From Octopus sinensis (taxonomy: Eukaryota), in the NCBI RefSeq assembly GCF_006345805.1, contig NC_043004.1:21080001-21144000 (forward strand): a stretch of DNA of 64,000 bases, in the 5' to 3' direction. A program made the translations under genes and the position numbers. Positions 23,871 through 38,789 of this stretch are shown here, in pieces (positions within the stretch are counted from its first letter, which is position 1; every line of letters begins with the position of its first letter). The notes under the pieces were generated by a model that was not told the origin of the DNA, ran no database searches, and worked only from the letters and a program-made list of their open reading frames with translations.

Positions 23871-24904
23871 AATAAGACTAAGAATAAGATTATATATATA
23901 TATAATATACAAAATGGGACAAGAACGCAAAACATCCGGACAGTTAGGTGATACAAAAATGGGACAACAAAACATCCAGATAGACGATACAAGGAAACAA
24001 AGACAAGTCATTCAAAGTTTTCTTTCCTCAGTGAAGCACCAGATTATCCTTGCAATTTCGGCTGATTATACTTGAGATTGCTCCAATCTGGCCAGCCCTA
24101 ACGAAAAACTACGCTAAGAGCATTAGATTCCTTGGAAGAAAACAGTGAATGTATACAAAAACAAGGATGGAAAAAAACGGACAATGTTACACAAATACAA
24201 GTACATTAAAAATAATAATAATAACAGGACATAACAACAGGTGTCATACATATATACATGCAATGGGCTTCCACACAGTTTTTATTTATTAAATTCACTC
24301 AGAAGGCATTGGTCAGCTTGGTAGAAGACACTTGCCCAATAAATTATAAAATCTGTGTTCAACACAAGTAAAACTAATTTGTTTCTCAATGTACTTAACT
24401 GTTAGTATGGAATATCTTGACTTAATTTATATCCATCACATTCTGCTGCTTGCTGGTATGCTGCAATGAATCTTTTGTGAACCACAACACTAGGTGTTAA
24501 GAGGATCTACTAACAGTGGCCTTACCAACATTTCTTTGGGAGATTATTACACAACTATGGTGTTAGTAGATAGCAACAGCAGTGAAGTGTATGAATGATA
24601 AATGGTAAGTGTTAAGTAATTCTAGTTCACAGATAGACAACGGAAGAAATAGTGGTGGTTTTGATATGTGGCTCTTGGGTTTCACACATGAAATAACGTA
24701 AGAATAAGTTCTGATATGTTGATATATTGGTCTGGTTCTTGACAACATGTTTAGTAAATGGGCATCAAAACTGTATTTATTCTTCTGTCGTTGTTGTTGG
24801 TGTTGTTGTTGTTGTTGTTGCTGTCCTTTTTGTTGTTAGTGGTAATGGTAGTGAATGAGGGATATCAAATTAACTGTAAATATATATTCATTATGCCTGC
24901 CAAA

Positions 24905-24927
24905 CCTCATCTTTTTCTTCTTCTTCC

Positions 24928-25001
<74 letters not shown>

Positions 25002-25140
25002 TTCTTTTGTTGTTGTTCTTCTTCTTGTTCTTGTTCTTGTTCTTGTTCTTGTTCTTGTTCTTCCCCTCCCCACCGCCACCGCTGTCACTGTCACCACTGT
25101 CACCGTCACCAAAACCACCACCACCACCACCACCACCCTC
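24905..25140. repeat. Compound (CTT)n/(CTTGTT)n/(CCA)n microsatellite
   Basis: Directly visible. Confidence 0.95.
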
Positions 25141-25595
25141 CTCCTTCACCTCTTGCTACATACTTAATTACATTAGCGTTGTATAATTTCTTTGCTTCTT
25201 TCAACAAGACGTTCATTTCATATTGTCTTCAAATGAAACCACAAGACCATTACCATTATAAACTAATAGAACTGTATTAATATATGCAGCCAGTAAACTA
25301 CACTATCCACAATTGACTACCCAATAATGCTGTATTAATCCCTGCTATAATTGTAATAACTGCTGCTATTCTGGTCTGGAGATTTCTAAGTTCATCATCA
25401 ATGGAAACCATTTTGCTATTCTGTCTTGACATCAACAGATCCAACTCATCATATATTCATAGCTTAGACAAATGAAACTGTTATTAGATAAGGTGGTACA
25501 TGTGTGTATGGTGTGTGTGTGTGTGTGTGCACGCGCATGTGTGCGTGTATGTGTGTGATGTATATACATATATGCACATACTTACTCAATTATAC

Positions 25596-25657
<62 letters not shown>

Positions 25658-27834
25658 TATATATTTACATATATATTTGTGTATATATATATGTGTGTAT
25701 ATATATATATGTATGTGTTTGTGTGTGTATTATATACATGTGCATGTATGTGTGCAAAGAAATATACATGTATAAATAAGTTATATACATGTATATGTAC
25801 AAATATCTATATATACACATACACACACACACTTACATATATTCATACACAGGTATATATTTTTCATACACAAACACATAATATACACACCTACACACAA
25901 ACACATATATACAGACCTTCACACACACATGCACACATACACACCACACACATATACATGCATTCATAAACACACATGCATACACACACATACATGCACA
26001 CACCTTCTCCTGTGCTATCTACCAACACTCTCTCTCATTCTGTCCACCTTCATGGATCTGCTTTTTATCCTCCACACAGCTTAGGTTTCTGTCATAGTTC
26101 CGTCTCCAAGACCGCCTTACCATTAATCATCACCTTACCTTTTTGGCCATCTCATCTTGAATTTACAAACATACCTCAGAATACTGAGTATGCCTGTCAT
26201 TCAACCATCTTATCATTTATCTCTATTGTCAATGTCTCTCATTTGAGAAAGAGATTGGTGAGTGATATATGGACACATCTAGGACAGCACTTCCTCTCTT
26301 ATAGATGATGTCACAAAAGTGGCACACACTGCACTCTGTGAAATGTTTGGTGTTGGGAAAGTTATCCAAAGCAAACCAAAAATGAAACACACAAGCCAAA
26401 TATGGTCCTTTAGCTCATCTTGGTGAGAGGTTTTGCTGAATTTGTGCTGGCTATGCTTGTGACAATTAGTCCAGTCTGTGCCAGCATAGAAAGTAAACAT
26501 AAGTGAAGATGATGATGAGGATGATGATGATGGTGATGATGATGATAGGTGCAGGTAGGGCTATGAGTTATGTTCACTTCACAGCTGCATGGTTGTAGGT
26601 TCAGCGCCACTGTGCAGCACTTTTGGCAAATATCTTCTCTTAAAGACTTAGACCAACTAAAGCTTGTCAGTGAAATTGGTAGATAGAAACCAGAAGAAAT
26701 CTATTGCATGTGTGTATGTGTGTGTGTGAGCATGCGCATGTGTGTGCATGTGTGTGTGTGTATGGGTGTGTGTGAGTGTGTATGTGTGTGTTTGTGTGTA
26801 AGAGTTTGTGATATGTCTCCTTGTCTTAATATCATGCACTACTTCAAACATGCAAGCCATATTGTTTATTTGCAATCTTCCACGAAAACATGTCTAGCCA
26901 TTGAACTGTTTGCACTTAAAGAATATTACTTTACTTGAAAATAATATTCACGCAAATAAAAGAAACCAACCACAGTCGTAATTGATCTCATTATTGTCAC
27001 CGTAAACATCTATAAATCTATTGTAGTCTTGACTTACATCTATCTCCACCACATCATATATATATTATATTTATTGTTCTTTCTGACTAAATTTATCCAT
27101 TTCACAACATATATTCGAAGCCTTAAGATAAAATTACGGTGGTACTTATATTGATTTACCCATTCACCTGGGGACTAATTCTCTACTTAATTGAAGTAAA
27201 TACCTCACATTTAGTAAATTGCTTTTCGTTTTAATAATAGTACTACGTATAGTTTTGATGCCATTCAAGCCTGTAGTCATGCTGAAATTCATGTAATCTT
27301 CAGGGAAAAATATGACGCTAACGCATTAAATTGTTCTAATTTATTTAATGCCCTTGTCTTGTGAACATTGAAATGAATTTCTCAGATAATTCTTAACAAC
27401 CATTGGTCATTTAGATTCCATTATGACTTCTATCATTGTAATGTAGTTAGAAGATTAAGTATTGACTTGATGTCGAGGAACAAAGAATTCCTTATTTCTA
27501 CACTGGTATAAAGTGGTTTCTTTCTTCAAAATAAAGCTGACAGGCACTTGGGTTCAGCCTATACATATGTATGTGTATGCATGTGTATGTCTGGGTGTGT
27601 AAGCACAGTCATGGCTGTGTGGGTGTGAATTTCACTTTGTTACAATATAATCTCAAGTTCTATCTTACAAGGTGGCACCATGGGAAAATGTCTTCTACTG
27701 TAGCTTAAGGTCAAACAATACTGAGTGAAATTTGGTAAATGGAAACTGTGTAAATGTATATGCTCATAAACATATATACATAAATAAATATTCACACTTA
27801 CGCACACATTAATACACACATGCACACCCATATA

Positions 27835-28235
27835 TTCTTTTATTTGTCTATTTGTTTCAGTCATTAGACTGTGGCCATGCTGGGATGCCAATTTGAAGAA
27901 ATTCTAGACAAACAAATAAAACCCTTTACTTACTTGTTTTTAAGCCTGTTACTTATTCTATCAATCTCTTTTGCCAAACTGCTAAGTTACAGGGATGTAA
28001 CAAACCATTACAGGTTGTCAAGCAGTGATAGACAGACACACACACATCATCATCATCATCATATATATTTATAAATACACATCAGGCTTCTTTCAGTTTC
28101 TCTCTACCAAATCCACTCACAAGGTTTTGATCAGCCTGAGGCTATAGAAGAGGACACCTCCCCAAGGTGCCATGTGACGGGAGTGAACTTGGAACCATGT
28201 GATTGGGAAGCAAGCTTCTTATTACACAATCATGC
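27835..28235 (-). mobile_element. SINE family A, diverged
   Basis: Reverse-complement match along its length. Confidence 0.8.
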
Positions 28236-28361
28236 CCATATCTGCATATACTAATGAAAACACTGCATTCAATATTTCCACAAATTGTCAAAAATTCATT
28301 CCTGTTCAAGCAACAGCAAGATATTTAACCAGCTTACATATAGAACATCAATCTAAATAAT

Positions 28362-28770
28362 AGGTGTAAGAGTGGCTGTGTGGTAAGTAGCTTACTTACA
28401 AACCACATGGTTCTGGGTTTAGTTCCACTGCGTGGCATCTTGGGCAAGTATTTTCTAGTATAGCCTTGGGTCAACCAAAGTCTTGTGAGTGAAGTTGGTA
28501 GACGGAAACTGAAAGAAGCCCTTCGTATATATGTTCATATATATATATGTATGTGTGTGTATATGTTTGTGTATCTGTGTTTGTCCCCCCCGCTAACATC
28601 GACAACCGATGCTGGTGTGTTTATGTACCCGTAACTTAGCAGTTCAGCAAAAGAGACTGATAGAATAAGTACTAGGCTTACAGAGAATAAGTCCCGGGGT
28701 TAATTTGCTTGACTAAAAGGCGATGCTCCAGCATGGCCACAGTCAAATGACTGAAACAAGTAAAGAGTAA
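28362..28770 (+). mobile_element. SINE family A
   Basis: Full-length match. Confidence 0.88.
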
Positions 28771-29170
28771 GGAAGCAGATAAGCATGGTTTATCTTTCTT
28801 ATAAATCTCTACAAACATTTCTAGCTCAGTAGACGAATGGTAAGTTTTGCACTTCTGACAAACAGGCAAAGACATTTCCTGTTTCTTGTTGGGGAAGTAC
28901 AGAAAGTATATTCTCCTCCTAGCTATAGGAAATTCAATACAATTCCCTTCTATTTCTTCAATTGACATGTTTCTTTTTTGAGTTGCTGTTCTATTCCTCT
29001 TTTGACTATTTTGGTGGAATTTGTGTGGTTTTGAGCCAGTTGTGTAAAATTTGACATTTGTTTTTTTTTTCCTGTCTCAAAATGAACTTGTTGCAAATTG
29101 TGCCAAGTGTTTCTGGTCTTTGCTTCTCTTTCTTGTTAGATTTCAATTACTCTATTGTCTCGCTGTACTT

Positions 29171-29515
29171 TGGAGAGAGAGAGAGAAAGAGGTAGGGGGG
29201 GAGATGTGGCGAGAGAGAGAGAAGGGAGAGGGAGAAAGAGCAGATAGAGGGGAGAGAGAGGAGAGAGAGGGAGGGAGAGAAGGGAGGGAGAGAAGGGAGA
29301 CGGAGACGGAAGGAGAAAAGAGAGAGGGGAGAAGGGGAAAGAAAGGGAGGGTGGGTAGGAGGAGAGGGGTAGAGAGAGAAGGCAGAGGGAGAGAGAGGAG
29401 AGAGAGGGGAAGAGGGATAGAGGGGGAGAGAGTGGGGAGAGGGATAGAGTGAGAGAGAATGGGGAGAGGGATAGATGGAGGGAGGGAGAGACAGAGAGAA
29501 ACACACAGAGAGAAA
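29171..29515. repeat. ~340-bp polypurine (GA-rich) tract
   Basis: Almost only G and A on the plus strand. Confidence 0.9.
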
Positions 29516-31126
29516 GCTGTTTGATTGTCCTGTCACTGTGCTCCAGCAAAGCCAGTTACTGTGTGTTCAGGAGATCCTAACCCTACCTTGCCTAGCAGAA
29601 TCAGACTAATTTCTTCTGGGTTGTTCATAATGAAGACATTTATTCCATTATTTTGAATCTCTTATTTTTTCATTCAATTATCTTTCTCTTCCTTGTCTGT
29701 TGTGCCTTTAAAAACTATTCAAACTCCATTTCATTCCTTGTTTCGGAACAACTATAAATATCCCAACAATCCATACCAATTCCTTTTGATAGAACATTTA
29801 AAATCTCAATTCTTTATCCAAAATCGCAATACATAGGTGGTTTCTATGGTAGCATTTTTTTCAAATTTCAGTTGTATTTTCCCATTAATGCAAAGAAAAA
29901 AAAATAATCAAAAATTTCATACAAGTATTGATCATGTTGAAATAAAAGTAGTCTGTAAAACATTTTAATTTTATCCTTTCTATTTCATTTGTTTTATTTT
30001 CTAATCTCCGAAATTAACTGTATAGAAATGACCATTAGAATATATTGTTTTCTAAGTATGAAGTAATGAAGTAAGAGTATATAAAGGAGGGGGCTTAATA
30101 CAAATATTGACACCAAAAACTAATGAAATATTTATCACACTGTTAAATTGGATAATTATTCAGGATGTGAGTTTATGTGTTAACAAAAAAAAACTGATGG
30201 CAATACAGTTTGTTTTGTTTGTTTGTTTATGTGATTGCCAGCAGAAATTTTAGAGTTAATAAATCAGTCTGGTTACAAACACTACAATGATGGACCCAAT
30301 TTTAATTGTCTTGTTTGGAAAATTCAAAACAAATTAATTAAACCATGATGTTGATAATGATAAATTAAATTAAATAAAGGTTGGGTTGATATTCAGAACC
30401 CTTTACAAAATTACACTAAAATTTCTTCAGTTTCACTTGTTTCTCTTAGAGTGTGTCTTGAAGGATGATTAGTCAATTTTTTTACTTTTGTAACATTCTT
30501 CAACATTTGTTAAACAGATTGATTTGCATTTCATATTCTAATCAGCTAGAGTTGCCGTTAGATCTAATTATAAACCTTGTTCTACTAAATCACTAGAGAG
30601 CTACAATAATGGACATATCATTTTTTGAACACGAAATTGCTGTCATCGATACAAATACCATTTTCACACATTCTTGATCAGAGTGATGCAGACAGTTTTG
30701 ATTTGTGATTATGAGTATGAGACGAAAAGTCGTTAATCACATTAGAAACACAGAGGAGATTTATGAAGTCAAAAGGTTCAGTAAACCTTAATAATTGGTA
30801 AGTTTGGCTGTAGTGAGAAGTGAAAACGTGAGGGCTTTCAGACAAAGGGGTGTTGACAGAGCAGAAATGTAATGTAATTGGTATTGGACGAAAGAAGTAA
30901 TTAGGTTAAAAGATAGAGACAGGAAGCATATGAGGAGATGATCACAGGGTATGAGAAATACACTATGTGAGTGGGATGGTGTCTGTGAGAGAGTATGGAT
31001 AAAAGAGAGGTGGTAGGAAGGAAGGCTGGTATGCGAATTGGTCATTTCTGATTTGCACTTTGGTCACAGATATAACCCCCACCAACATACACACACACAC
31101 ACCTACAAACACATGCAAGCACACAT

Positions 31127-31160
<34 letters not shown>

Positions 31161-31340
31161 ATTCTCTCTTTCTCTCCTCAAACTTTCTGAGAAAAAAAGG
31201 AATATTTTCCCCATCAGAAAATCAAATATGCTTTAAACATATATTTCAGTAGTCTGGAAATAATTAGTTTGCTATGTGTATATATCTCTATGCATGTGTG
31301 TGCATATGTGTGTGTATATATATATATACACATACACACA

Positions 31341-31380
<40 letters not shown>

Positions 31381-31452
31381 GCACACACCATACATATATA
31401 TGTATATATATGTGTGTGTGTGAATGTATATATATGTATTATATATATACAT

Positions 31453-31500
<48 letters not shown>

Positions 31501-32103
31501 CACATACACATAGACACACTCACGTGTGCACATATTCATCCATAATTCGTGCAAGGCAAGGAAAATAGAGTGAAAATTATATTGTCTAGCTCATGTGAGC
31601 TCTCAACCGTGAGGATTTCCTCTAAAGTATTGACTATCTCAAAAAAATCAAATAACTTTGTGATTTGTGCAATAAATACTATATAAAATGCCATTTCAGT
31701 TCTTGATAATTGGCAAGTTGCATAGAACTGCTTGGAAATTGCACACAAATACACACACATCATTATTATCTTAATGTACAGTCATTTCATAGCAATAATA
31801 ATTAAAATTTAATTATGGAATCATATCTAAACTATTTCTTATTTCATGGCAAATAAAAATTATAAAATTCCCATCACAAATGCACATTTCAATCTAAACT
31901 GGATATCTTTGTATGATTGTGATCTTATGACAGTCAGAGTCAAGATAGACAGGTTTTTTGTGGATTAAAAAGGTAAAGACTGGTCTTAAAGAATCTTTTT
32001 TGATTTTCGAATCATGAATACAAATAGGGTGATAGATAGACATGTAGACACATAAACAAACAGACAAGTGAATAGATAGATAGACAGAGAGAGAGATGGT
32101 TAT

Positions 32104-32178
<75 letters not shown>

Positions 32179-33159
32179 ATGGATACATAGATAGATAGAT
32201 AGAATACAAAAAACACTGACCTAGAAATTGATTTTCTGCATCTTACTAAAGCTAAATTGATTAACTAATCAAAAACTCTCTTGTAAAATATGGAATTCCA
32301 GCCATCATTTAATACCATTTTTCATTGGTTGGCCAACAAAAGACAATGGCTACCCCTATATTTTTAGATGGAGGCAATAGCCTGAGGTATGGAATAGACC
32401 AAGTGTGTGTACACATACACACACACTTTCTCACTCACATATACAGAAAGAGAGAGAATGGGGATTAATGGATGCAAATTAGAACTAAGAAAAATTGTTT
32501 GTCCTCAAACCTGTAGGGGAGCTGAAGGGCTGTGTTGAACTCTAGTGTCAGCTTTGGCATGGTTTCTAAAGTTGGATGCCCTTTCTAATGCCAGCCACCT
32601 TGCAGGGAAAAACTTGAAATCTTGTGTGAGTAGTACTAGTGAAGTCATCAAATATTGCAAGACATGAAAAGGAAAAAGAAAATACCTCTCAACTAAGTTG
32701 AGGGTGGAGCACTTGAGAAGGAGAGGTGGCTTTATGCCAAGTATTGAAAGGCTGGAGTATGATAGAGGGACATGTGTAGATGTTTTGTTGTAGAGAAGAT
32801 GGATGGCAACTTTGCATTATATAAGGATGGATGGGAGTAGTTGGGAAGAAAATAAGATAGCAGTAATGGGGTACCAGAGCAAACCTTCAAGGTACAAAAA
32901 GCTGAGCATAAGAGAGGATACGGACAAAAGTGATTGAAGCAGTCTTGCATATTTGAACCCCCTGGAGATTAATTTAATAGCTGGCAAATACTCTGCCAAC
33001 TTTTTTTCAACTTGAGTCTTTTGAAAGAGGGTGATGGTGTCGAGCAACTTTGAGTAAGTCCTTAACATCACCGTCCTATCTTCAAAGTTTTTCATCCACT
33101 GTTTGAGCGGGACAATCTCCCACTCTAACATGGACTAATCTTTGAAAGTAAAACTACAG

Positions 33160-33395
33160 TGATCCTCAATCAGGACTGGCAAATGAGCAAAAGATCCAAT
33201 TTTATAAAGACATTTTGCAGATTACCTCAATGACAAATGGCAGTAACCTTATTTTCATTGCTGGTTACTTCAATAGATAAGCTGGACAGAAGTTCAGTTG
33301 ATTCCAAGGTGTACATGGAAGCTATGACTATAGCCCCAGAAATGAGGAGAATTCAGGATTTTGAAGTTCTCCGATGCAAGTGACCTTATAATCAG
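33160..33395 (+). mobile_element. RTE LINE AP-endonuclease fragment
   Basis: PQSGLANEQKIQFYKDILQ..LIFIAGYFN..QGVHGSYDYSPRNEE..RILKFSDASDLI matches the YAPQ / GDFN / RNEEG pattern. Confidence 0.75.
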
Positions 33396-33780
33396 TCTTG
33401 ACCAGCTAGCAAACACCAGTGGCACACCTCCTCCAAACCAATGTATATATACATGTATTGATCTACGTATGTTTGTAAGGGTGTGTTTAGGTTTGTATGT
33501 CTGTATGTATTTTTGTATATGTGTATGTGTGATGAATGAATGGCTGTTATTTCTTTCGGATAATTTTTTTTCATTTGTTTGTAGAAACCAAGCCAGTCAC
33601 TAATAAAATGGCAAGGCTTTTTTTGTTTAAGTCAAGAGAGCTCTTGGAATGTGTTGATATGTGAGCTTGTTAATATGTGTATATATGTATATGTGAAGGA
33701 GGATAAACATAAGCATGTTATTTTAGTTTGCAAGCTTGTGTGCTTCACTAGTATTAAAGTGTGTATGAGTGTGTATGTAG

Positions 33781-33817
<37 letters not shown>

Positions 33818-34224
33818 CATGTACACGTGCTCAGTCTCGATTGAAGAATCCTTGGAATATTTTACAAATTTTCATTCATTCATTGACTTGGAAAAATTGG
33901 ATCTGTTAGCTTTGATCTTTCTTGAAGAAACCCAGCATTTCTAGGCTTTAAAATGTAAATCTGAAGTTACACAGATCAGGGATCCTTTGATAATAGTCAC
34001 AAACAAAAATCTATAATCTAGATATGAGGCATATGTTTCTCTTTAGTTTTCCAAAGATGTTCTCCTTTTCCCTAGTATATGTATATTTGGATGTTTGTAT
34101 GTAATGTATGTATGCTTGTTTGTATGTATGAATATAGAATAACTGTCTTTATCTAAGTGTGTGAATGTATGTAATGCATGTTTGTGTGTATGTGTGTGTA
34201 TTCATGCATGAATGCATGCTACTA

Positions 34225-34705
34225 TACTGTTTCAATTCAAGATTTCTTAACAAGACACAAAAGCTGGTTTCTAACCTAGATTCTAACCTTGATCCCAGGC
34301 TCCACCTTTGCAATTTCAACAACATCAACAGAGTTTTTGCATATGTATGTGTGTGTGTGAGTGTGTGTGTGTAGTATTTTAAGTCTGTGCATGTGTAGTT
34401 TTGTATGTTTTGTTTTATGTATGTAATCTCATGCATATACTTGCATGTGTAGGCACATATGTTTATGCTCAAGTGCTAAACTTCTGGAAAGTTTTGCAAA
34501 TTTTTATAGTTCCATTGACGGCTTGAATCTGTAGTCTTCGAATTAGTTTTCTCCTGTCTGGTTTGGTTTTGGTAAAGCTCATTTTTCAAGATTAGTGTTA
34601 GGCAAGCAGTTTGTTACATATCCTAGTTCACCAATAATTACCTGAACTTAAAGTCCAGGTATAGTAACTGTAAGATTCTCAATAGTTCAGCATAGATCTT
34701 TTATT
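34225..34705 (-). mobile_element. 3' end of a restriction-endonuclease-type (R4/NeSL-like) LINE
   Basis: IYAELLRILQLLYLDFKF..IIGELGYVT..KLIRRLQIQAVNGTIK; IIGxLG is typical of REL C-termini. Confidence 0.55.
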
Positions 34706-35397
34706 TTCACGATGTGTGTGTGTGTGCATGCATAAACTGTTTGGCATATTTTAGTGAGATCAGTCAAAGAGTTCTCTATCTCTGGTATCAGTCTAACAAA
34801 GACAAATGTTCAATTTTTTTTCTTTTATTCAAACGCTTTATTTTAATTATTCATAACATGCTAACCAACAATTGATGGCATTTTATTCTTTACAATCTAC
34901 TTCTTTATTTTAATATTATCTTTTGCCATTTCTAAAATAGGTAGAACAGAGGAAATAAAAGACAGATTCTGTTTACATGTTTGCTCTCACATTTTCACAA
35001 ATAGTTTCAAGTGTTTACATTCTATCGTATTAAACCTCATTTTGTTCACATACAAAATAAGATGAAGTAGAAAACAAGTATAACAACAAACAACAACAAT
35101 AAAACTGATTGCTAGCATTTTTTTTTTTTTTGTTTTCAAAATATCAAATTAAAGAATGTAGTTAATCCGTGTTTAGAGTAATTACAGAATTTCCATGAAT
35201 GGAAGTGATGGTTTGCAGTAATTCTTCTTTTAAAACATCTTGTCAAGTCTTATAGAACTCTCATTTTTTCATAATATATTTTGCCTCAACTTTTTTTAGA
35301 ATTCTGAGGTTCTTTATCCTCTAGGGTTCTAAAAGTTATCTGTTTTTATAATGTCACTTATTCTGCTGTTCCTGTAGCAAATAAAAAAATATATTAT

Positions 35398-35790
35398 GAG
35401 GTGTGGTAAGAAGTTTGCTTTCCAACCACTTTGTTTCAGATTCCGTCCCACTGCATAGCACCTTGGGTAAGTGTCTTCCACAATAGCCTCAGGCTGACCA
35501 AAGCCTTCTGAGTGAATATGGTAGACAGAAAGTGAAAGAAGCCCATCATGTGTGTGTGTGTGTATGTGTGTGTGTGTTTGTGTCTGTGTTTTTCCCACAC
35601 CATGGCTTGCCAACTGGCTTTGGTGTGTTGACATCCCTGTAACTTAACGGCTTGGTAAAAGAGACTGATACAATAAATACCAGGCTTAAAAAAATAAGTA
35701 CTGGTGTCAATTCATTTCAGTAAAATTCTTTAAGGTGGTGCCCCAGCATGGCCACAGCCTAACGATTGAAGCAAGTAAGAGATAAAACAT
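35398..35790 (+). mobile_element. SINE family A, diverged
   Basis: Collinear match. Confidence 0.8.
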
Positions 35791-36169
35791 AAATGGTAGA
35801 ATAATGAACAAAATGCTACTTTGCTACATTTCATTACATTCCTTAACATTCTGGAGTTTAAATCCCAATAAAGTCAACTTTGCCATTTATCCTTGGGATA
35901 TCATTTAGTTGACAATACCCCACTTCTGAAGTCAGCTTTGTGCCTACTTTAGAAATGACTATAAAGATAGTGGATATCTGGATTACTCTGTCAGCTATAA
36001 TACAAATTATTCACATTGTTTTGAATTAATCATGGCAGTACCCCAGCATGGTCACAATTTTGCCAATATATTACACTAACCTTATTAATATTGAAAGACA
36101 ATATCAGGGCTCACAACTCTAGACAGACCCCCAATGAGCTCCAAAATGAAATGCCCGATTTTGAACTGA

Positions 36170-37110
36170 AAGTTTATTTTACTTTATCTCAACAAAAAGC
36201 AATGTGGTTAATCAAAGTATGCACCTAAATTATCAGCACAATTTTGCCATTTTATCGGTTGCTTGTTTATACTGGCAGCAAAGAGTACATGAGAGCAAGA
36301 GGTGATGAAATCACGAAAGACTGTTTTTGCATCTTCTTCAGATTTGAAGTTTTTCCTTGCAAAAAGTTGTCTAATGCTTCAAAAACATGATAATCAGTTG
36401 GTGCAAGGTCTGGTGAATATGGTGGATGACAGAGTACTTCCAAGTTCAGTTGCTGTAACTTGAGTAGCGTTCTTTGTGCAACATGTGATTGAGCATTGTC
36501 GTGTAAGAGGACTGGCCTGTCTGTATTGACGAATCTCGTTTGTTTAATTGCAAGTTCTCTCATCTTTTCATCCAGTTGGTTAATGCATACATCCACTGTA
36601 ATTGACTTACCAGGTCTCATGAAACTGTAATGAATGACACCAGTGATGAATCACCAAACAGACACCATTAGCTTTTTTTGGTGAATATTCTTTCTGGATT
36701 GTGTTTTGGCACTTCGTTTCTATCCCATCACCATACTTGCTATTGGTGAAAAGAATCCATTTTTCATCACATGTAACAATACAATACAAAAATGGTTTGC
36801 TTTTATGCCATGACAGTAACAAACAGCAAGTTTAAAGACGACCTGTCATTTGATGCTTGTTCAGTTTGTGTAGTACCTACTCCACTTGTTCAGCTTCTTT
36901 ACCTTGCCGATTTGTTTCAGATGGTCCAATACAGTTGGAATTGAAACATCAAACCTTGCTGCTAACTCACACATAGTTTGAGATGTATCCACTTCCACTA
37001 CAGTTTCCAGCTCATCATTATCCACCTTGGTCTCAGGTCTACCCCGAGGCTGATTTTCAAGAGTAAAGTCACCATACCTTCCATAAGTCTTCCACCAAAC
37101 CTTAGTCACA
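36170..37110 (-). mobile_element. mariner transposase relic
   Basis: PRGRP, IVTCDEKWI, LLHDNAQSH and HPPYSPDLAPTDYHVF (DD34D) across three frames. Confidence 0.92.
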
Positions 37111-38096
37111 ATTTATGTTCCTAACACTAGCTTAATGACAACTAAGTTATTTTACAAAATTCTTTGTTATATTTGAAGTAATTGAAGGAAACACAGAGCA
37201 TCACAAAATAAGTAATGAAAGGGTTATAGAGTATCTCAAAATACAGTAACGAAAGTGTTGAAATGATTTGAATAAAAAATTGTTGATAAAATTTCATGTC
37301 AATTTATTTTCTCAATTCTAGTTTAATATTAACAAAATTAAGTTGCTATTTTAAAAATTCATGGAAACAAAAGCAGTATATATTGACACAAATAGATAAT
37401 AAAAGGGTTAAGCCTGGAATGAAAGACAAGGTTATAAAGCTAATTCCTCAGATGTTACTTGAGAAATCACCCAACTTATTTATTAGGTGGGTGGCTGAAT
37501 TGTTAGTGCTCTGGGCAGAATATTTACCAATATCTAGTTGTAGTTTCTCTGAATACAGTTTCAAATCCCACCAGACATAACATTACTTACCATCCCTTCT
37601 GGGTAATAAAATAAATATTGGTCATTTATTAGGCTTAATGAAATATGAAGTTCTCTAGCTTAGAATTGATTATTTTTCTGTTTAGAATATACTTATTGTT
37701 ACAATGATTGTGTTTTTATGAGTGAAAGACATATCTTGAAGCATTTCTTGTTTGACTTATTCCTGATTTGCGTTTATTTTATTGTTATTATATGAAAAAG
37801 AAGGGGAAAACTGAACTATTTTATATTTTCCTCACAACTGAAAATAAATCATGTTATTGGCTTTATTATTCCTGCTGTGAAATAAGAAATTTATTTCAAT
37901 ATATTATTGGTGAAGATGTTTCCTTTTACAATGGTAACCATCTTCCTTATTTGGATAAAGAGGGGAACAAAGTAGGAATCTCTTGTGAATTGAGAATAAT
38001 TACCTAACTTACATCAATAATTGTAACATTAACAGCAAAAGCAACAATAGTAACAAGAAAATAGTGATATTAATGTACTTACCCACAGAAATAATT

Positions 38097-38141
<45 letters not shown>

Positions 38142-38551
38142 GCAATGGGAGTGATAATAAGAGTAAAGTGCAAAATTCTTCTCCAAATCAAATTGAGATG
38201 CTTTATGCTTGTATGTGTATACGTGTGTGTGCGTGTGTATGTGTACATGTGTGCACACATGCATGCAGATGTGTAAATGTACATCTAAGCGCACATACAC
38301 ACTTGTATAAGTACAGATACATACATGCAGATATATGGGCATATACATGTACATATATACATATATACTCTTACATCTACCTCCCCTTCCTACTTCCCTC
38401 AACCACATGACTGATTTCTTGTCCACCACACAGTCCATTTCCTGTTCACCATGTAGAGGATTTCCTGTTCACTATGGGGTATCTTCCAACTTATTGTTGT
38501 TGCTGAAATACTGACATCAAACTGCTATACTCATTCTTGTTCTCGTTCTTC

Positions 38552-38608
38552 TTCTCGACTAATTTCAGGCTAACATTCAGTAATAAACATTGACTCTCTT
38601 CAATCGAA
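38552..38608 (-). ncRNA. Degenerate hammerhead-like motif
   Basis: ttcga TTGAAGA gagtcaatgtt..aatgttagcct GAAA ttag TC gagaa; stem II pairs mainly through wobbles and stem I is poor. Confidence 0.35.
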
Positions 38609-38789
38609 CTTCAATTGAATAATGAAGGCAACATCATGGAGTATAACTTCAAAGATTAAACTTTGATTCATCTCTTTAAATGAGTTTCTAAAACCTGTTT
38701 GATAATAAATCAGCATCTCTCGCCAAAAAGTGCAAACTATTTTGATGTTCTTCTTGGTTATCAGGGATTTCTATCTATCTAGGTCATCC

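Noticed and set aside
24020-24105. Minus-strand ggctg..cagcc GAAA ttgcaa hairpin resembling half a hammerhead
   Set aside because: No CUGANGA upstream of the stem; probably a repeat end but not callable as a ribozyme.
24758-25280. Signal-peptide-like poly-Leu/poly-Pro ORFs
   Set aside because: Built from TTG, CTT and CCA triplet repeats.
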